From Octopus sinensis (Eukaryota): a stretch of DNA of 64,000 nucleotides. Below the pieces are notes generated by a model. That model worked only from the letters and a program-made list of their open reading frames with translations. It was not told where the DNA came from and did no database searches. Below are positions 13,505 through 27,748 of the stretch, one piece after another; position 1 is the stretch's first letter, and every line of letters begins with the position of its first letter. Both the position numbers and the translations under genes were made by a program. The stretch spans positions 48,050,001 through 48,114,000 of the forward strand of contig NC_043006.1 in the NCBI RefSeq assembly GCF_006345805.1, in the 5' to 3' direction.

Positions 13505-15495
13505 TTTACTGAAGAGTTCGCGTTTTTTCACGCTTGGAAGTCACGTCGTTCGACGTTGAAGTATTAGGAAATTGAAGCACGACTACAGATAAGGCGTTTG
13601 TTTTTTTGGGGGAGGGAGCTTAGGGAAGTCCGTTGTTTTGTAATTAATAATTTTTGACGAGCAAGGGTCTCCACTGGGTTCCAGACATTTGCCTGCCCGT
13701 GGTCGTGAAAAAAAGACTCACTTTGTAGTGAGAATTGTGTTTTTTGAGGGGTCGTATCTCCTCCGAAAATTGTGAAAATGGTTCTGTAACTGTGTTTGTG
13801 CTCTTGACAAGGAGGATTTACCATTCAGGCAAGGAGTGCGGAGACGGCGAGAACTTGATAAAGATTGGAATTTTTGTGCTGCGACAGAGAACTGCTATTT
13901 GTGGATTACCTGAGTAGCTGAATTGTGTTGCCAGTTGAACTGTCTTCCTTTGTTCTTTCTTCTCTCTTCTGTCTTTTTGTTCTTTCTTTGTGTTTTTCAT
14001 TGACTTTTATTTGAACATTTTCCGACTTTTGTTTTTGGAACATTGTATTTTCTTTGATTTTTAAAAAATGGCAACAAAGAAAACCGCTTTGGATTGGCAA
14101 GTTGTGACCCCCAAAGAATGGTTAAAAAATAATACTGAGATAACGGTGGTGTAAAGGACCTAGTCTATGGTCCTTGTCACCATCACTGTCTTCTCTCAGA
14201 CAGACATAGAGAAGGGGTTGGCAGATTATCTGCTAACTATTAGATTCACCCAAGAGGGTGTGAAGAATGCAACCGTGTGTATGCTGTTCGACACCCCTGC
14301 AGAAGCTCGTGATTTTGCAAGCAAACCACTACAAGGGGAGAAAATTTTGCTTCTCCTCATGTATGAAGGGAGGACAATAACAAGAGCTTGGATGCTACCA
14401 CCCGGTATAGAGCCCGATTGGATAGAGGACAGTATCCATCGGGGTCTGGATGGCAGCACTGCTAAGCTTTTGAATTTCAAATTCCTGCCTGCGGCTGATT
14501 GGGTGGGGTCGAAAGCTATTTTGATCCTATGGACCCAATCAGCCAAAGATCTGGTTTTTCCAGATTTCCTAAAGATGGCCGGTTCTAGGTGTCCGGTGAT
14601 TCATCTGTGCCTGGAATCGGGACATATAAAGAAGAACTGCTCCAGGAACCAAGCAAGGGTAATGGAGTAGTTAATAGAAGATCTCTCTGTTCTCCCAAGA
14701 GAGGCTCCTGATTCTCTAACGGAGAGAGAAGAGAAAGTCAAAGAGGAGGTAACCTCCTCGAAAACAAATGGAAAGAAAAGAAAGAAGGTGGGCAACAGTG
14801 GTTGCCCACCAATAGATCCTGAGGAAGGGAAGGAAGGACTTCCGAAGATGACGGAGAAAATCCAACCTCCCGTTGTAAAGGGAAAGAAAAAGGAAGAAGA
14901 AAAATGGGGCATTACGGCGGTTGCTGGTGCACTGGCGGCATGTCCTGAAACCCCTTCGGTGGGACATGTGCCACCGGAGGGGGGAGGAAGGCCCCTTCCA
15001 ATGGAAATTTTGAAGAATATGTGATTGTCTTTCTCAGGGGAGGGGCAATAGGGAATTTTATTGAAAGTCCCTTTAATAATCAGGACCTCCGCACGTGGCT
15101 GCTCTGGTACTAGAAGAAAGGAACTTCTATTATATAACGGACTCAATCTCAAAGGAAGGGTATAGATCTTGTTTATTGGCCCTCAACTTGCGGCTGCAGG
15201 AATGCCTGGAGGAGGCAAGAAAATTGATTGGGGACTCATTTGTGTAATAGGTTTATCGCCTTATTAAATTGTTTATATTTGTAATGGACTTTTTATAAAA
15301 TTGCAAGAGGGTTAACACCTCATTCAGTGTTTTTAAAAAGAACAATGTTTTCGAGAAGCAAAAGTCGGTGGGCGTTTTTCGTCTTCTCCCATCCTTATCA
15401 TCCTTGTATCATTATCATTCATCTCATTGATGTCTTGTCCCGCCCGCAAGCTGCCTTACTCTATGTTCTGCCTTCATGTCAAATTTAATAAAATA
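13505..15495 (+). mobile_element. Non-autonomous L1/Tx1-like retroelement (ORF1 only, no RT)
   Basis: Perfect 15-bp TSD AAGTAGCTTGCTTAC (13490-13504 and 15496-15510), ~560-bp 5' leader, gag/ORF1-like decayed ORF and an A-rich 3' end AATAAAATA. Clade assignment is inferred from the ORF1 motif. Confidence 0.7.
14068..15024 (+). pseudogene. Decayed LINE ORF1 (gag-like, CCHC zinc-knuckle remnant, K/E-rich tail)
   Basis: ATG 14068 (MATKKTALDWQVV), ORF 14167-14670 and ORF 14788-15024 share one frame, interrupted by three stops. The motif FPDFLKMAGSRCPVI-HLCLESGHIKKNC resembles the pre-knuckle plus CX2CX4HX4C region of L1/Tx1 ORF1, lacking the first Cys. Confidence 0.65.
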
Positions 15496-16313
15496 AAGTA
15501 GCTTGCTTACAATCTATATGGTTCCGGGTTCAGTCCCACTGCATGGTACCTTGGGCAACAGTCTTCTATTATAGACTCAGGCAGACCAAAGCCTTGTGAG
15601 TGGATTTGGTAGATGGAAACTGAAAGAAGCACGTCGTATATATGTATATGTGTGTGTATATATATATATGTGTGTGTATATATATATATGTGTGTTTGTG
15701 TGTCTGTTCGCCCACCCAACATTGCTTGACAACCGATGCTGGTATGTTTACGTCCCCGTAACTTTGCGGTTCGGCAAAAGAAACTGACATAGTAAGTAAT
15801 AGGCTTACAAAGAATAAGTCCCGGGGTCGATTTGCTCGACTAAAGGCGGTGCTCTAGCATGGCCGCAGTCAAATAACTGAAATAAATAAAAGAGTAAAGA
15901 GTAAAAAGAGAGTTATGTCTCATTTCAACTTCTAACTCACGGAAATATATTCTACCCAGGCAAAGATTTATCTCTCTCTCATAGGTTGAACACTCAGCTA
16001 CTGGACAAAAATGTCAAGCACTGAGACTATTGCACGTTTATCTTTCCTGTCTTAAAATATAAGAGCTGGTTGCAAAATCTCTTTGCTACGAAGCGGTTTC
16101 AAAACCTCTCTGCTACTAAAGGCTGCTTTTACTGAACCCACTATTGAAAGCTAAGGGAGTCGAGAGATGTCATTGCCATCGTTGTCTTCGTTGTTGTTTT
16201 TTTAGCCCCATATCATAACTTCTTGGGCAGAAACATGATCAAAGATGGTCCAGTCACGAACATGCCACCCTACCCTGCAAACATTATTTTTCTAATACTA
16301 TATTATCTAATGT

Positions 16314-16612
16314 GGAGGCACAATGGCCCAGTGGTTAGGGCAGCAGACTTGCGGTCGGAGGATCGCGGTTTCGATTCCCAGACCGGGCGTTGTGTGCGTT
16401 TATTGAGTGAAAACACCTAAAGCTCTACGAGTCTCCGACAGGGAGTGGTGGCGACCCCTGTTGTGCTCTTCCACCCAACTTTCTTTCACTCTTTCTTCCT
16501 GTTTCTTGAGTAACGCTGCGATGGACTGACGTCCCGTCCAGCTGGGAGGAACACATATGCCATAGAAACCGGGAAAAGGCTTGAAAAGTGCGCATAAATA
16601 AATAAATAAATA
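16314..16612 (+). mobile_element. tRNA-derived SINE, family C
   Basis: GGAGGCACAATGGCCCAGTGGTTAGG...GGTTTCGATTCC head, (AAAT)n tail and apparent TSD TATATTATCTAAT. Confidence 0.85.
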
Positions 16613-16944
16613 ATATATTATCTAATACTATATTATCTAGTTATATATAACGTCGTTAATAAATCAGCAACATCATAAATCGTGTTATGGGAGTCTCAAT
16701 CAATAAGAACACGTTTTTTACCCATGAAAAACTGTTTACATATTTACTAAATTGCACTTAATTCTTCTTTAAAGTAAGAAAACAGTCGATTATGTCTACA
16801 TATATTCTTGATACGGTATTTTATTAAGTTAAAAACTCAGCTGGATTTGAAATGAGAAAGTAAAGAACAGTAACAAATGCAGAGATGGATTTTCCCGAAG
16901 CTTTAGCTTTAATCCACACATCGGTCTTTGAAAATAATACTTAA

Positions 16945-17785
16945 TAATGGTTCCAAATGTTAGCACAATATCAGCAGTTTCTGGGGAGGGGATACGCCAA
17001 TTACATCGACCCCAGGTCTCAGGTTGTATTTATTTTATCGACTCCAACAGGATGAAAGGTGAAGTCGACCAAGGCGGAATTTGAACTCAGAACGTCAAGA
17101 CGGACGAAATACCCATTAGAATTTTGCCCTACCTTTTAACGATTTTGTCAGCTCGCCGTCTAGTAATGATTTCAAATTTTGGCACCTGGCCAGCAATAAC
17201 GGGAGCTGAGGCAAGGCGATTACATCAATCCCCAGTTTTCAACTGGTAGCTGTTTTCATTGAGCTCGAGTGAATGCAAGGCAAAGTCGACCTCGGCGGAA
17301 TTTGAACACAGAATGTGAAGACAGATGAAATGCCGCAAAGCATTTCACCCAATGTACTAACGATTCTGCCAGCTCGCCGCCTTAATAATACTTTCTAATA
17401 TAGATACAAGGCAAGAAATTTGTGGAGAGGGCACTAGTCGTTTACATTAAACCCAGTGTTTCACTGGTACTTAATTTATCGAACACGAAAGGATGAAAGG
17501 CAAAGTCATCCTGGGCGGAATTTGAACTCAAAACGTAGCAGCAGACGAAATACCTATTTCTTTACTACCCACAAGGGGCTAAACACAGAGAGGTCAAACG
17601 AGGACAGACAAACGGAATAAGTCGATTGCACCGACCCCAGTGCGTAACAGGTACTTAATTTATCGACCCCGAAAGGATGAAAGACAAAGTCGACCTCGGC
17701 GGAATTTGAACTCAGAACGTAACGGCAGACGAAATACGGCTACGCATTTCACCCGACGTGCTAACGATTCTGCCAGCTCGCCGCC
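16945..17785 (-). mobile_element. Tandem cluster of family A SINE units
   Basis: Heads end at ~17160, ~17381 and ~17785. The last unit is the dimeric form. Confidence 0.85.
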
Positions 17786-19795
17786 TATCCTTAGTTTAAT
17801 ATAATAATACTTAATAATATTTGTAACATTGTCATACATCTTTTGGAATCTACAGACGCTCAGACAAACTCCAGTTTTTAACAAGGCACACTATTTTATA
17901 ATAAGTATTATAATTAGAAATATAAGATAACGAATAAAATACTTATAGTACATTCAAGTTAAATTTTAAACGAGGAAATCATGAACAATTAGATGTTCCA
18001 CAAAATATAAATATTCTCATTTTACAGATTGCAGAAAGATAACGGTCAATGTCAATGGGATTTGTACGTGTAACTGTATTATAACGAACTTAATTATAAA
18101 TTCTTATTCACTCACTGTATTCACTAACCATCTGCACCATGGATAAATGAAGGGGGACGTTAAAGATGCGCTACAGTAATATTATTCATAAAAACAATTA
18201 TTTATTAGTTATACTTACGCAGTGCTGAATATTGTGGCTTAGGATTGTTTTGTGTTACACTCATAGCTATTCAATCCACATGTGATGTATATATATGATT
18301 CAAGCGAGTATTTTAACATGTATGTTGATTTCTATTTTAAAATTTGGAAAGGTAGCGCAAAAGAAAAGTCTAACTACGTATTCAACAAATAATAAAGAAC
18401 TGATTCTCAAATGAACGATAAAGTCTAAAGACCTGCTTGGAAATGAAAGAGAATGAGGTAAGAAATAATTTTTTGTTAGAGGCGAGTCAAATTGAACAGT
18501 ATGTAAAGAGGATGGCAGAAAAGAAATGGAAGAAGCAAACAAGGAATCGTTTAAAGAGGAAGGGGAATAAGAGTTTAAAAGAGCTGGTAAAATAGGACCG
18601 ATGTGAATAAAGAATATGAAGAATTATGAGAACTGTGAAAGAGTAATGAAATGAAAGAGGGAATTGGAGAAGAGAAAATTTCGTATGGATGACGCCATAG
18701 CTGAAGCATGCTAGCAAAACAAGCTCACAAATTACCAGAGAAATTGTCAGTGTCTCTGGAAAAAAGAGAGCTATATAAATTCTGATTGTTAACGAGTTGT
18801 AGCATTTAGACCATATTTCAATATGTCCGAAGATGACATCATCTGGTTTCCATTTATGCCCGGATGTAAGGCGATACTGTTACCATTTTACTTCTACTGT
18901 TGCACACAACTACGGCTTACATATATCAATGGCGTTGTTACATATCAATTGTTGTTTCGTGAATAACAATTACTTCACTTAGTTATAAGTAGACTACTTA
19001 ATAGAGACACTACTTAGAGAATAATGAGTTTGTCATCTTCAATGCAGTTTGTAACGTGGTTTCATATGGATTAATTCAAGTGCACTTTTAGAAGTCATCA
19101 ATTAGATTTCAGTCAGTCCACAGTTTCTGGAAAGTAAGCACTTCAAGTTAAATTGATTGGTTTCATTCGTGTTGCGTTTCCTATTTTGTGACCGATCACT
19201 TTCCACCCGTTTTCTCCACATTTGCTCAAAGAAACCAACAGACAAAAGATAGAGGGATATTTGCAGGAGTCAATAGTGGATCCTAAAAGAAATTATCCCC
19301 CAAGAAATAAATTCAGCTATTTCCTTTCGTTTACATTTCATTTAACTACAAGTACCGCTACATCTATGTAAATCAGTAATTAGTTTCAAAACGCTGATCC
19401 AATGTTCATTTCAACCTTCCATTCCCATGACATACAGAATATATTTTTTCGCTGACTGTGTTAAGAGCCAAATGCAAGAGTTATAAAGAATACCGGTACA
19501 AAATTTTTAGTAGACACAGTAGGATCGAGTGCATACAATTTCACTACACACGGTGTTGCAGTGGTATAAAGTACACGTGATAATGCAGAGAAATGATATG
19601 GATTACTAATTTCTTTATACAATGATATTTATTCCGTATGTATATGAAATTCTAGTACGAATTTGAATGATATCACATGAAAAAATATCCAGCAGCTGAA
19701 CATTTCTAATTAGATTTAAACACAAATTTTCAAACTTACGACAAAAATAGAGTTAGAACAAATGGCATATAATACATACATACATACATAAATAC

Positions 19796-19898
<103 letters not shown>

Positions 19899-20034
19899 GT
19901 ATATATATATGTATATATATGTATATATATATATATACATATATATAACATGTATATACATATATCAAATACGCATGTTTGTATATACATATATATATAT
20001 ATTATATATATATATATACACATATATATATATA

Positions 20035-20260
20035 TTATATTATATAAAATCGTTCTGTGTCTGTGTGTGTGTGTCTTCTAGGATCTCGGGTATCCTCCAT
20101 CCGATTGCGCTCAAATTTGATATGTAGATACCGACGGTATCAGGGCGTGTATAAGTCTTTAAAAATTACAAAAATCGATTCCAAGTGGGAAAGCGATCGA
20201 TAAAGCCGTGGGAAAGTGCATTTGTACGCGCAAGTACATCAGTCGAAATCCGTCTTTTTA
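20035..20260 (+). mobile_element. Probable Helitron-type non-autonomous element 5' fragment
   Basis: TATATAAAATCGTTCTGTGTCTG(TG)n...CCGATTGCGCTCAAATTTG resembles a Helitron-N 5' layout. No 3' hairpin/CTAG was found. Confidence 0.35.
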
Positions 20261-20386
20261 GGTTAAACCAGTGTTTCTCAAAGGGGAGGCCTATGGGACG
20301 GTAAGACAAGTTGTTTTTAGAAAATTTGGTTTAAATGTTTGACAACTCAGTACCCTCCATTGGACGGGGTAGGGGCGTCTTGCTCG

Positions 20387-20463
<77 letters not shown>

Positions 20464-20591
20464 TGTATGTATGTATGGATGTATGTATGTGTGTGTATAT
20501 GCACGCACATACACTCTATAAAACATAAAGCTATAAACCTGTAGCGATGGATGGATGTAGAGTGACCACGCATCACAAAGCTATCAAATTT

Positions 20592-20629
<38 letters not shown>

Positions 20630-20639
20630 TGTATATATA

Positions 20640-20855
20640 TACGTGTGTGTTTGTCTGTCTGTGTTTCTTCCCCGTCCTTCGCTTGACAACCGATATTGGT
20701 GTGTTTACGTTCTCGTAATCTAGTGTTTGGTCAAAAAAGAAGGATAGAATACTAGGCTTACAAAGAATAACTCCTGGAGTCTATTTGTTCGACTAAAGAC
20801 GGTGATCCAGCATGGCCGCAGTCAGATGACCGAAACAAGTAAAAGAGTAAAAGAA
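20640..20855 (+). mobile_element. SINE family B 3' half
   Basis: CGCTTGACAACCGAT...CAGCATGGCCGCAGTC...GAAACAAGTAAAAGAG. Confidence 0.8.
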
Positions 20856-21330
20856 CCAAAGAATATATACACACACCAGTGTGTATATATTCCTGAATCT
20901 ATATATCATATCAATTTATATTACACGATAAATAGAAATATAAACTGATTTAAGCCAACGATGAAAATTGTAACAGATAAGCTTTTAATTTGTTATAGTG
21001 GACCAGAGGTGTCGGCCAGGATAACAAGTCCCTTCATAATGTTTCTTAACTACACACATACACACAGACACACACACGCACGGAGGCACACCACACGCAC
21101 ACACACGTATAGACTATATACCCGAAGGGTGTGAGCAGCACGAAGTTAAAGTGCATGCGCCTTCAGCAGCATTAATTGATATCCAGTTGTATGATCCATT
21201 CTGAGAGATAACAGAACGCTCATGCCAATTGATAAGGAATGAATAGATTGCCATCCGAATGACTTAATGGTTTATTCATACACAGTCACACAGGCACACA
21301 CAAACACAAAATCACACACGAACTCACACG

Positions 21331-21367
<37 letters not shown>

Positions 21368-21636
21368 ACACACACAAATACACACGCATTCAAATAAATT
21401 TGAAAATTATATAAAATACACATACACACGTCTAGGTATGAATGCTTAATGGACTTAGATAGTATATACGTATACCAATATACACGTATATGTGTATGTA
21501 TATATATATGTGTTTGTCTATATGTGTGTGTGTGTATATGTATGTTATATATATATATATAATATATATATCATGTAATATATATATATACATAAATGTA
21601 TATATGTATTACACACATATATATAGGTATGTATAT

Positions 21637-21668
<32 letters not shown>

Positions 21669-22345
21669 TATATATACATTATACTATATGTATATATATA
21701 CATGTATATATATACATATGTATATGCATACAGATTTACATATATAATATATACATACACACATTATAAATATATATATACACGGGCATACACCTGTGTG
21801 TATATATGTATATATATATATACATGCGTGTGTGTGTATTTGTTGCTGATGAAGTTATTTGGTGCGCCTATTAATCTCCTACCTCTTCCGACCAATTGTC
21901 GAGTGAATTGCCATCGCTAATATAAATCATGCCAACCAGCTTCCGGCTATATTGCGACTGTATTGTGGTGCCGAATGTTGACTGCGCATGTATGAATGCG
22001 TGTAGAGTTTCAGCGTATATCTTTTCCTCTTCTTCCCAATTTTGTCCACCATTATATTGGTAGGTTTCTAGCAGCGCATTGTATCTATATTCTATCTATA
22101 TTCATATTTGTCATCTTCTCTCCCACTCTCACTTTCTATGTATCTAACCCGCTCTCTTTATATATATATGTATCCCCTTTGTCTCTCTCTTTTTCTCTCT
22201 CTCTCACTTTCTCTCTAATTGGCCTTCTATCTTTGTATAATTACGCACTTATATACACTTATATGAATCGATATATGAATATATGTATACACTCACATGG
22301 ACACGCACACACACTGAAATATACATATCTATATCTCTCTATCAT

Positions 22346-22386
<41 letters not shown>

Positions 22387-22404
22387 ATGGAATATATATA
22401 TGGA

Positions 22405-22436
<32 letters not shown>

Positions 22437-23030
22437 TCATATAAATATATAGGGGAATATAAATATATATACATACATATATACATTTATATATATATAT
22501 ATATATATACATACATTTATATGTATATATATATATATGTGTGTGTATATATATATATATATATACAATTATAAATAAGGACAACAGAAAAAATTGCTAT
22601 GCCAATATGCTGAGAAACAGACTTGAAATCATCACTCACCACATACAATATACATATACATATGTGGTGTGTGTGTGTGTGTGTGGTGTGTGTGTGTGTG
22701 TGTGTTGTATACGAACAAATATGTACATAGGTGCAAATTAAGGTAGAAGAATTAGTACACGAATACTAAAGATAGAATATTGTAATTTTTTCCTAGAGCC
22801 GAAAGTAATCTTCACAGACTGTTACCCTGAGTTTCATTCGCTGTTTATATAACAGTTGTGATCATATTCATAAATTAAATGAAGCGTGTATCTATAATAA
22901 ACATAATACAATATAATATGATATAATATAATACGATGATATAATATTACTAACGATATTTTTATTAATCATTTTATTTTCATTATTATTATTATTATTA
23001 TTATTATTGTTATTATTATTGTTATTATTA

Positions 23031-23068
<38 letters not shown>

Positions 23069-23085
23069 TATTATTATTATTATTA

Positions 23086-23147
<62 letters not shown>

Positions 23148-23148
23148 A

Positions 23149-23487
23149 TTCAGTAGTTTTATTTTTATAGCGTGCTTTCACTTCACTACCGAGCGCAGCT
23201 CTGTGTGCCTTGGGTATGTGTTATTTGTTGTGATGCTCTGATGGTTATTGTATGGAAAGTGTTCTGCGTAGGATGTGTGCAGTGCCTAGTAGTGCAATTT
23301 TCTGTATGTTATATGTGTTTGTAAGTCCTGGTGTTTTTGTTATGTATTTGTCTGAATATTTTTTTATCATGCCTAATGCACCTACTATGATAGGATTGTT
23401 TCTGTTTTTAGATTCCACATTCTGGTTACATCCAGGTCTTTGTATTTTGAAATTTTCTCCATTTCTTTTAGAGACACTTTGTCTATT
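23149..23487 (-). mobile_element. R4/Dong-like non-LTR retrotransposon 3' fragment (REL C-terminus)
   Basis: Minus strand translates EKISKYKDL..RMWNLKTETI / IVGALGMIKKY..IQKIALLGTAHILRRTL, typical of the R4-clade C-terminus. The 3' end runs into (TAA)n. Confidence 0.75.
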
Positions 23488-23574
23488 CTTCTTCTTCTTC
23501 TTCTTCTTCTTCTTCTTCTTCTTCTTCTTCTTCTTCTTCTTCTTCTTCTTCTTCTTCTTCTTCTTCTTCTTCTT

Positions 23575-23607
<33 letters not shown>

Positions 23608-23626
23608 ATCATTATTATTATTATTA

Positions 23627-23687
<61 letters not shown>
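23488..23687. repeat. (TTC)n followed by (ATT)n microsatellite
   Basis: Directly visible. Confidence 0.95.
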
Positions 23688-23975
23688 GTATCTGCACAGC
23701 TTCTAATGCTGGAGATGTACTACTGTGAACTAAGGTAAAACCCCTTATTTTCGAGCATCACCTGGAGTATTCCAGCTGTTCCAAGCAGTGCTGTTTTCTG
23801 CAAGTCCTCCACTCTTATTGCAGCGCCTATTTGTTCCATGTACTTCTCAAGATTTTTACTCGCTGTACTCAGGGCTCCGACTATTATTGGTACTAGTACC
23901 ACTTTCATCGACCACAACTGCTTACCCTCCCAAGGTAACTTGTCATAGCTATCGACTTTTTTTCTTCCTTATCGC
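23688..23975 (-). mobile_element. Second R4/Dong-like 3' fragment (different subfamily)
   Basis: KEEKKVDSYDKL..KQLWSMKVVLVPIIVGALST..LQKTALLGTAGIL, flanked by (ATT)n on both sides. Confidence 0.75.
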
Positions 23976-24683
23976 ATACCTTATTATTATCATTATTATT
24001 ATCATTATCATTATCGTTATTATTATTATTATTATTATTATATTATTATTAGAATTTAGAAAAAGCGCGGGCTAAAACTACGCGCCATCACTAGTCAGTT
24101 AAGGTGAAACAGTGTCACGTGATAACTTGCTGGGGCTGCCTGCTGGAGCCTATGCGGCAGGAATTTATAGGGAAAAATTTGACAAGACAGTCAGTCACCG
24201 ACTGACGCTCGCTGACGATACATCGAAGAGGCCAGGGAACAGAAGAAAGAAGACACACACCCAAAACCAGAGCTGAAGACACCTCCGAAAGCGGGGTGCC
24301 GCCACGTCAAAACGGTAGAGGAGTAGGGCCGAAACCGGACGTGGTTCCTCCTGATGATGTCTTGAGCTAACTGGATCTTATAAAGGAGCTGTTGTGGTAG
24401 CAGACCATGAAACACGGTTGTAATTCCCAATTATTATTACTACTGAGAATTAATCTAAAACCATATAACTAATGTCAGTCATAAACACAGATATTTTACC
24501 AGACGAGCTAAACTCAAATGATAGTATGTGTACATATTCCTCTCTGTCTCTCACTGTCTCTTTATCTGCTCATCTCTGCTTCTTTCTCTCTCCTCTCTCT
24601 CTCTCTTTATATATATATATATTGATGGATGCACAGCTGTATATATGTGCACGTCTACATGTGGATTTGTGTGTGCGTATGTG

Positions 24684-24718
<35 letters not shown>

Positions 24719-24994
24719 TCCCCTAAACAGCTATTTGTTTCATGATAAACATGATTAACTTATTCGTTGTCACCATTTTTAAAACATACCCGCTGTCTAT
24801 TTATGCAATGCCATTATCTGTGTTAATTTTTCTCTTTTTCTCTTTCTCTCTCTCTGTCTCTCTCTTTCTCTCTCTCCCTCTGTCACTAAATATATGTGCG
24901 TGTGTGTGTTTGTGTGTGAGGTTGAGGGTGTATGTGTGTGTGTCAGGGTGAGAGTGCATGTGTGTGTTTATGTGTAAGGAAAATGCGAGACATA

Positions 24995-25592
<598 letters not shown>

Positions 25593-27254
25593 GATGTGAA
25601 CGTATATACAAATCTGCATACACTTGTACATTTTGTGTCCCTGTCCATGTGTCTATATGTTGTGGGGCGTGTTTGCCTCTTTATTCGTTTGTGTCTTTGG
25701 AATGTGAGTTCTACGTGTGACAGGGTTAATTAATCTTTGCAAACCGGACCTTTTAAAGGCTGTAATGAACCAAGGGACGTTGTCCATTTGCAGGAAGCGC
25801 TGGGGAAAATATATGGAATAGCCTCAAGGTTAACTGTTTATATCTTCCCCCATGCCATTCATAGGACAAGGAAGCTTGGCCTTTACACTGAAAGCAAAAG
25901 CAGCATAAATGTAGACAATAATATATAAATCAAAGCAAAAATCCAATAAAAATAAAATAATAACTATCGAGATACCAAGGTCGCAAACACACAAACACAC
26001 AACGAAGCATAATGCCGTGTGTGTATGTGTGTGTTTGTACATGTGCTTGTGTGTGTGAGTATAGAACAGGAGCGCATAGAAATACGTGAAATGCTTTTAA
26101 GAAATATGGATCTGATAACTTATTCTGAAAATCAAGTAAGAATGATGCCATGATGTCAGAAGCACTATATTGCCGTTGCGATTCTTGTTCGCTGTTTCGC
26201 TATTTATTACAAGCGGCGTAATTCTGGAGAATTCGTATTACTGCAAGATGCAAAATGGACAGTTGTTAGCCAGCTGCTGGACGCAAGCTTTCCACAGTGA
26301 TTGCCTGTCCAGTAGATGAGTGGTATTCCACGAAATGACCACATGGCAGTAAAATAGATGACCAATTCATGATAAAATAAAGCAGAGATGAGCGTGTTTA
26401 GAAGAAATGTTTAGTCAAGCATCTATAGTTGATGGTTTTAAATGTCTGTTTGCCAGGGAATTGCTGTGTTCGCATGCATGCCTGTATGTAGTCGTGTGCG
26501 TGTTATATCTGTGTAAATATATTTGTATCAATATGTCTGTGTATATATATATATGTGTCTGTGTGTGTGTGTGTGTGTGTACATATATATATATACATAT
26601 ACAGACATACACATACGTTTGAACATATATCTTATGCTAGTTCCAGTAATCGTGTGTCTATGTAATTATGTTCATGTCCATGAGCATATTTCTTTTCTGA
26701 ATATGTGCAGTCATATCTACTATCGAACAGAAGTGAGTGCGTGTGTATGTGTGAGCATGTGTGTGAGCGTGTGTGTGTGGGAGTGTGTGTGCACATGTGT
26801 ATGTAATGGCATCCATACATATGATTGTTCCAGCTCATTCATTCATATATAACACCACATCGGAATATACAAATATATATATATATGCATATGTATATAC
26901 AAATAAATAAATATACATATATATACACATACACACACACAAACATTTGTGTATTCCGATGTATATATACACACATACTTACGCACACATATATATATAA
27001 ACCAACATATATGTTCACACATGTGACCATATAATATAGTTATGTGTTTATGTGCTGATAGAGGTACATAATTCACATATTGGATGTATAACATATACAT
27101 GTAGATGTGTTACAGCTACATGTTCGTTTGTGTGTGTATGTGTGTGTGCCAGAGAGAGAGAGAATACCTATGTATGCTTATGTATAAATACCCGTAAGAA
27201 TTTTGTCAATTGGTTCAAATCTTCGACGTTAGCAGCTTGTGAATGATTTTGAAG

Positions 27255-27299
<45 letters not shown>

Positions 27300-27748
27300 G
27301 ATCATCGTATGACAAAATGTCTTTTTCTCATTTTATAGCTGCATTTTATTCTACAGTGCCAGCCTTGGAATTTCACATTAATTATTTCTAAGATCCACTC
27401 TTTGCATATTCTGTATTATCTTAATCTACGAATATCGCAATTGTTCAATCGTCATATGGAGAGAACCATGACGGTTCTGAAACATTAATTATTAGCAAAA
27501 TGGAATGCGTTTACCAATCTGTTTTCATTACTGACCTGGGATTGGTTGACTTCAGAATTATTTTAGAAGTTATTTACAATTCATCTTGACTCCACAGTAC
27601 AACACAAACGCACGCATACGCACATATACATGCATGCACGCATATTTACATACGAAAGATTAACTCCTTTTGAATTAGCCTTTCATTTGTTACACACATA
27701 ATACCAAAAGATTTGTTTGAAACGGGTGATAGTTAAACAGTTGTGTCA

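Larger units (their letters stand above)
13468..15905 (+). mobile_element. SINE family B split by a ~2-kb insertion
   Basis: The head GGCGCAGGGGTGACTGTGTGATAAGTAGCTTGCTTAC stops at 13504. The SINE resumes at 15496 (AAGTAGCTTGCTTACAATC...GGTTCCGGGTTCAGTCCC) and runs to the AAAGAGT tail. Confidence 0.9.

Noticed and set aside
16945-17785. CRISPR-like repeat-spacer pattern
   Set aside because: The repeated modules are tandem SINE units in eukaryotic DNA, with no unique constant-length spacers and no cas genes.
26160-26300. TM-like peptide YIAVAILVRCFAIYYKRRNSG
   Set aside because: No start codon, a weak acceptor and no recognisable family.
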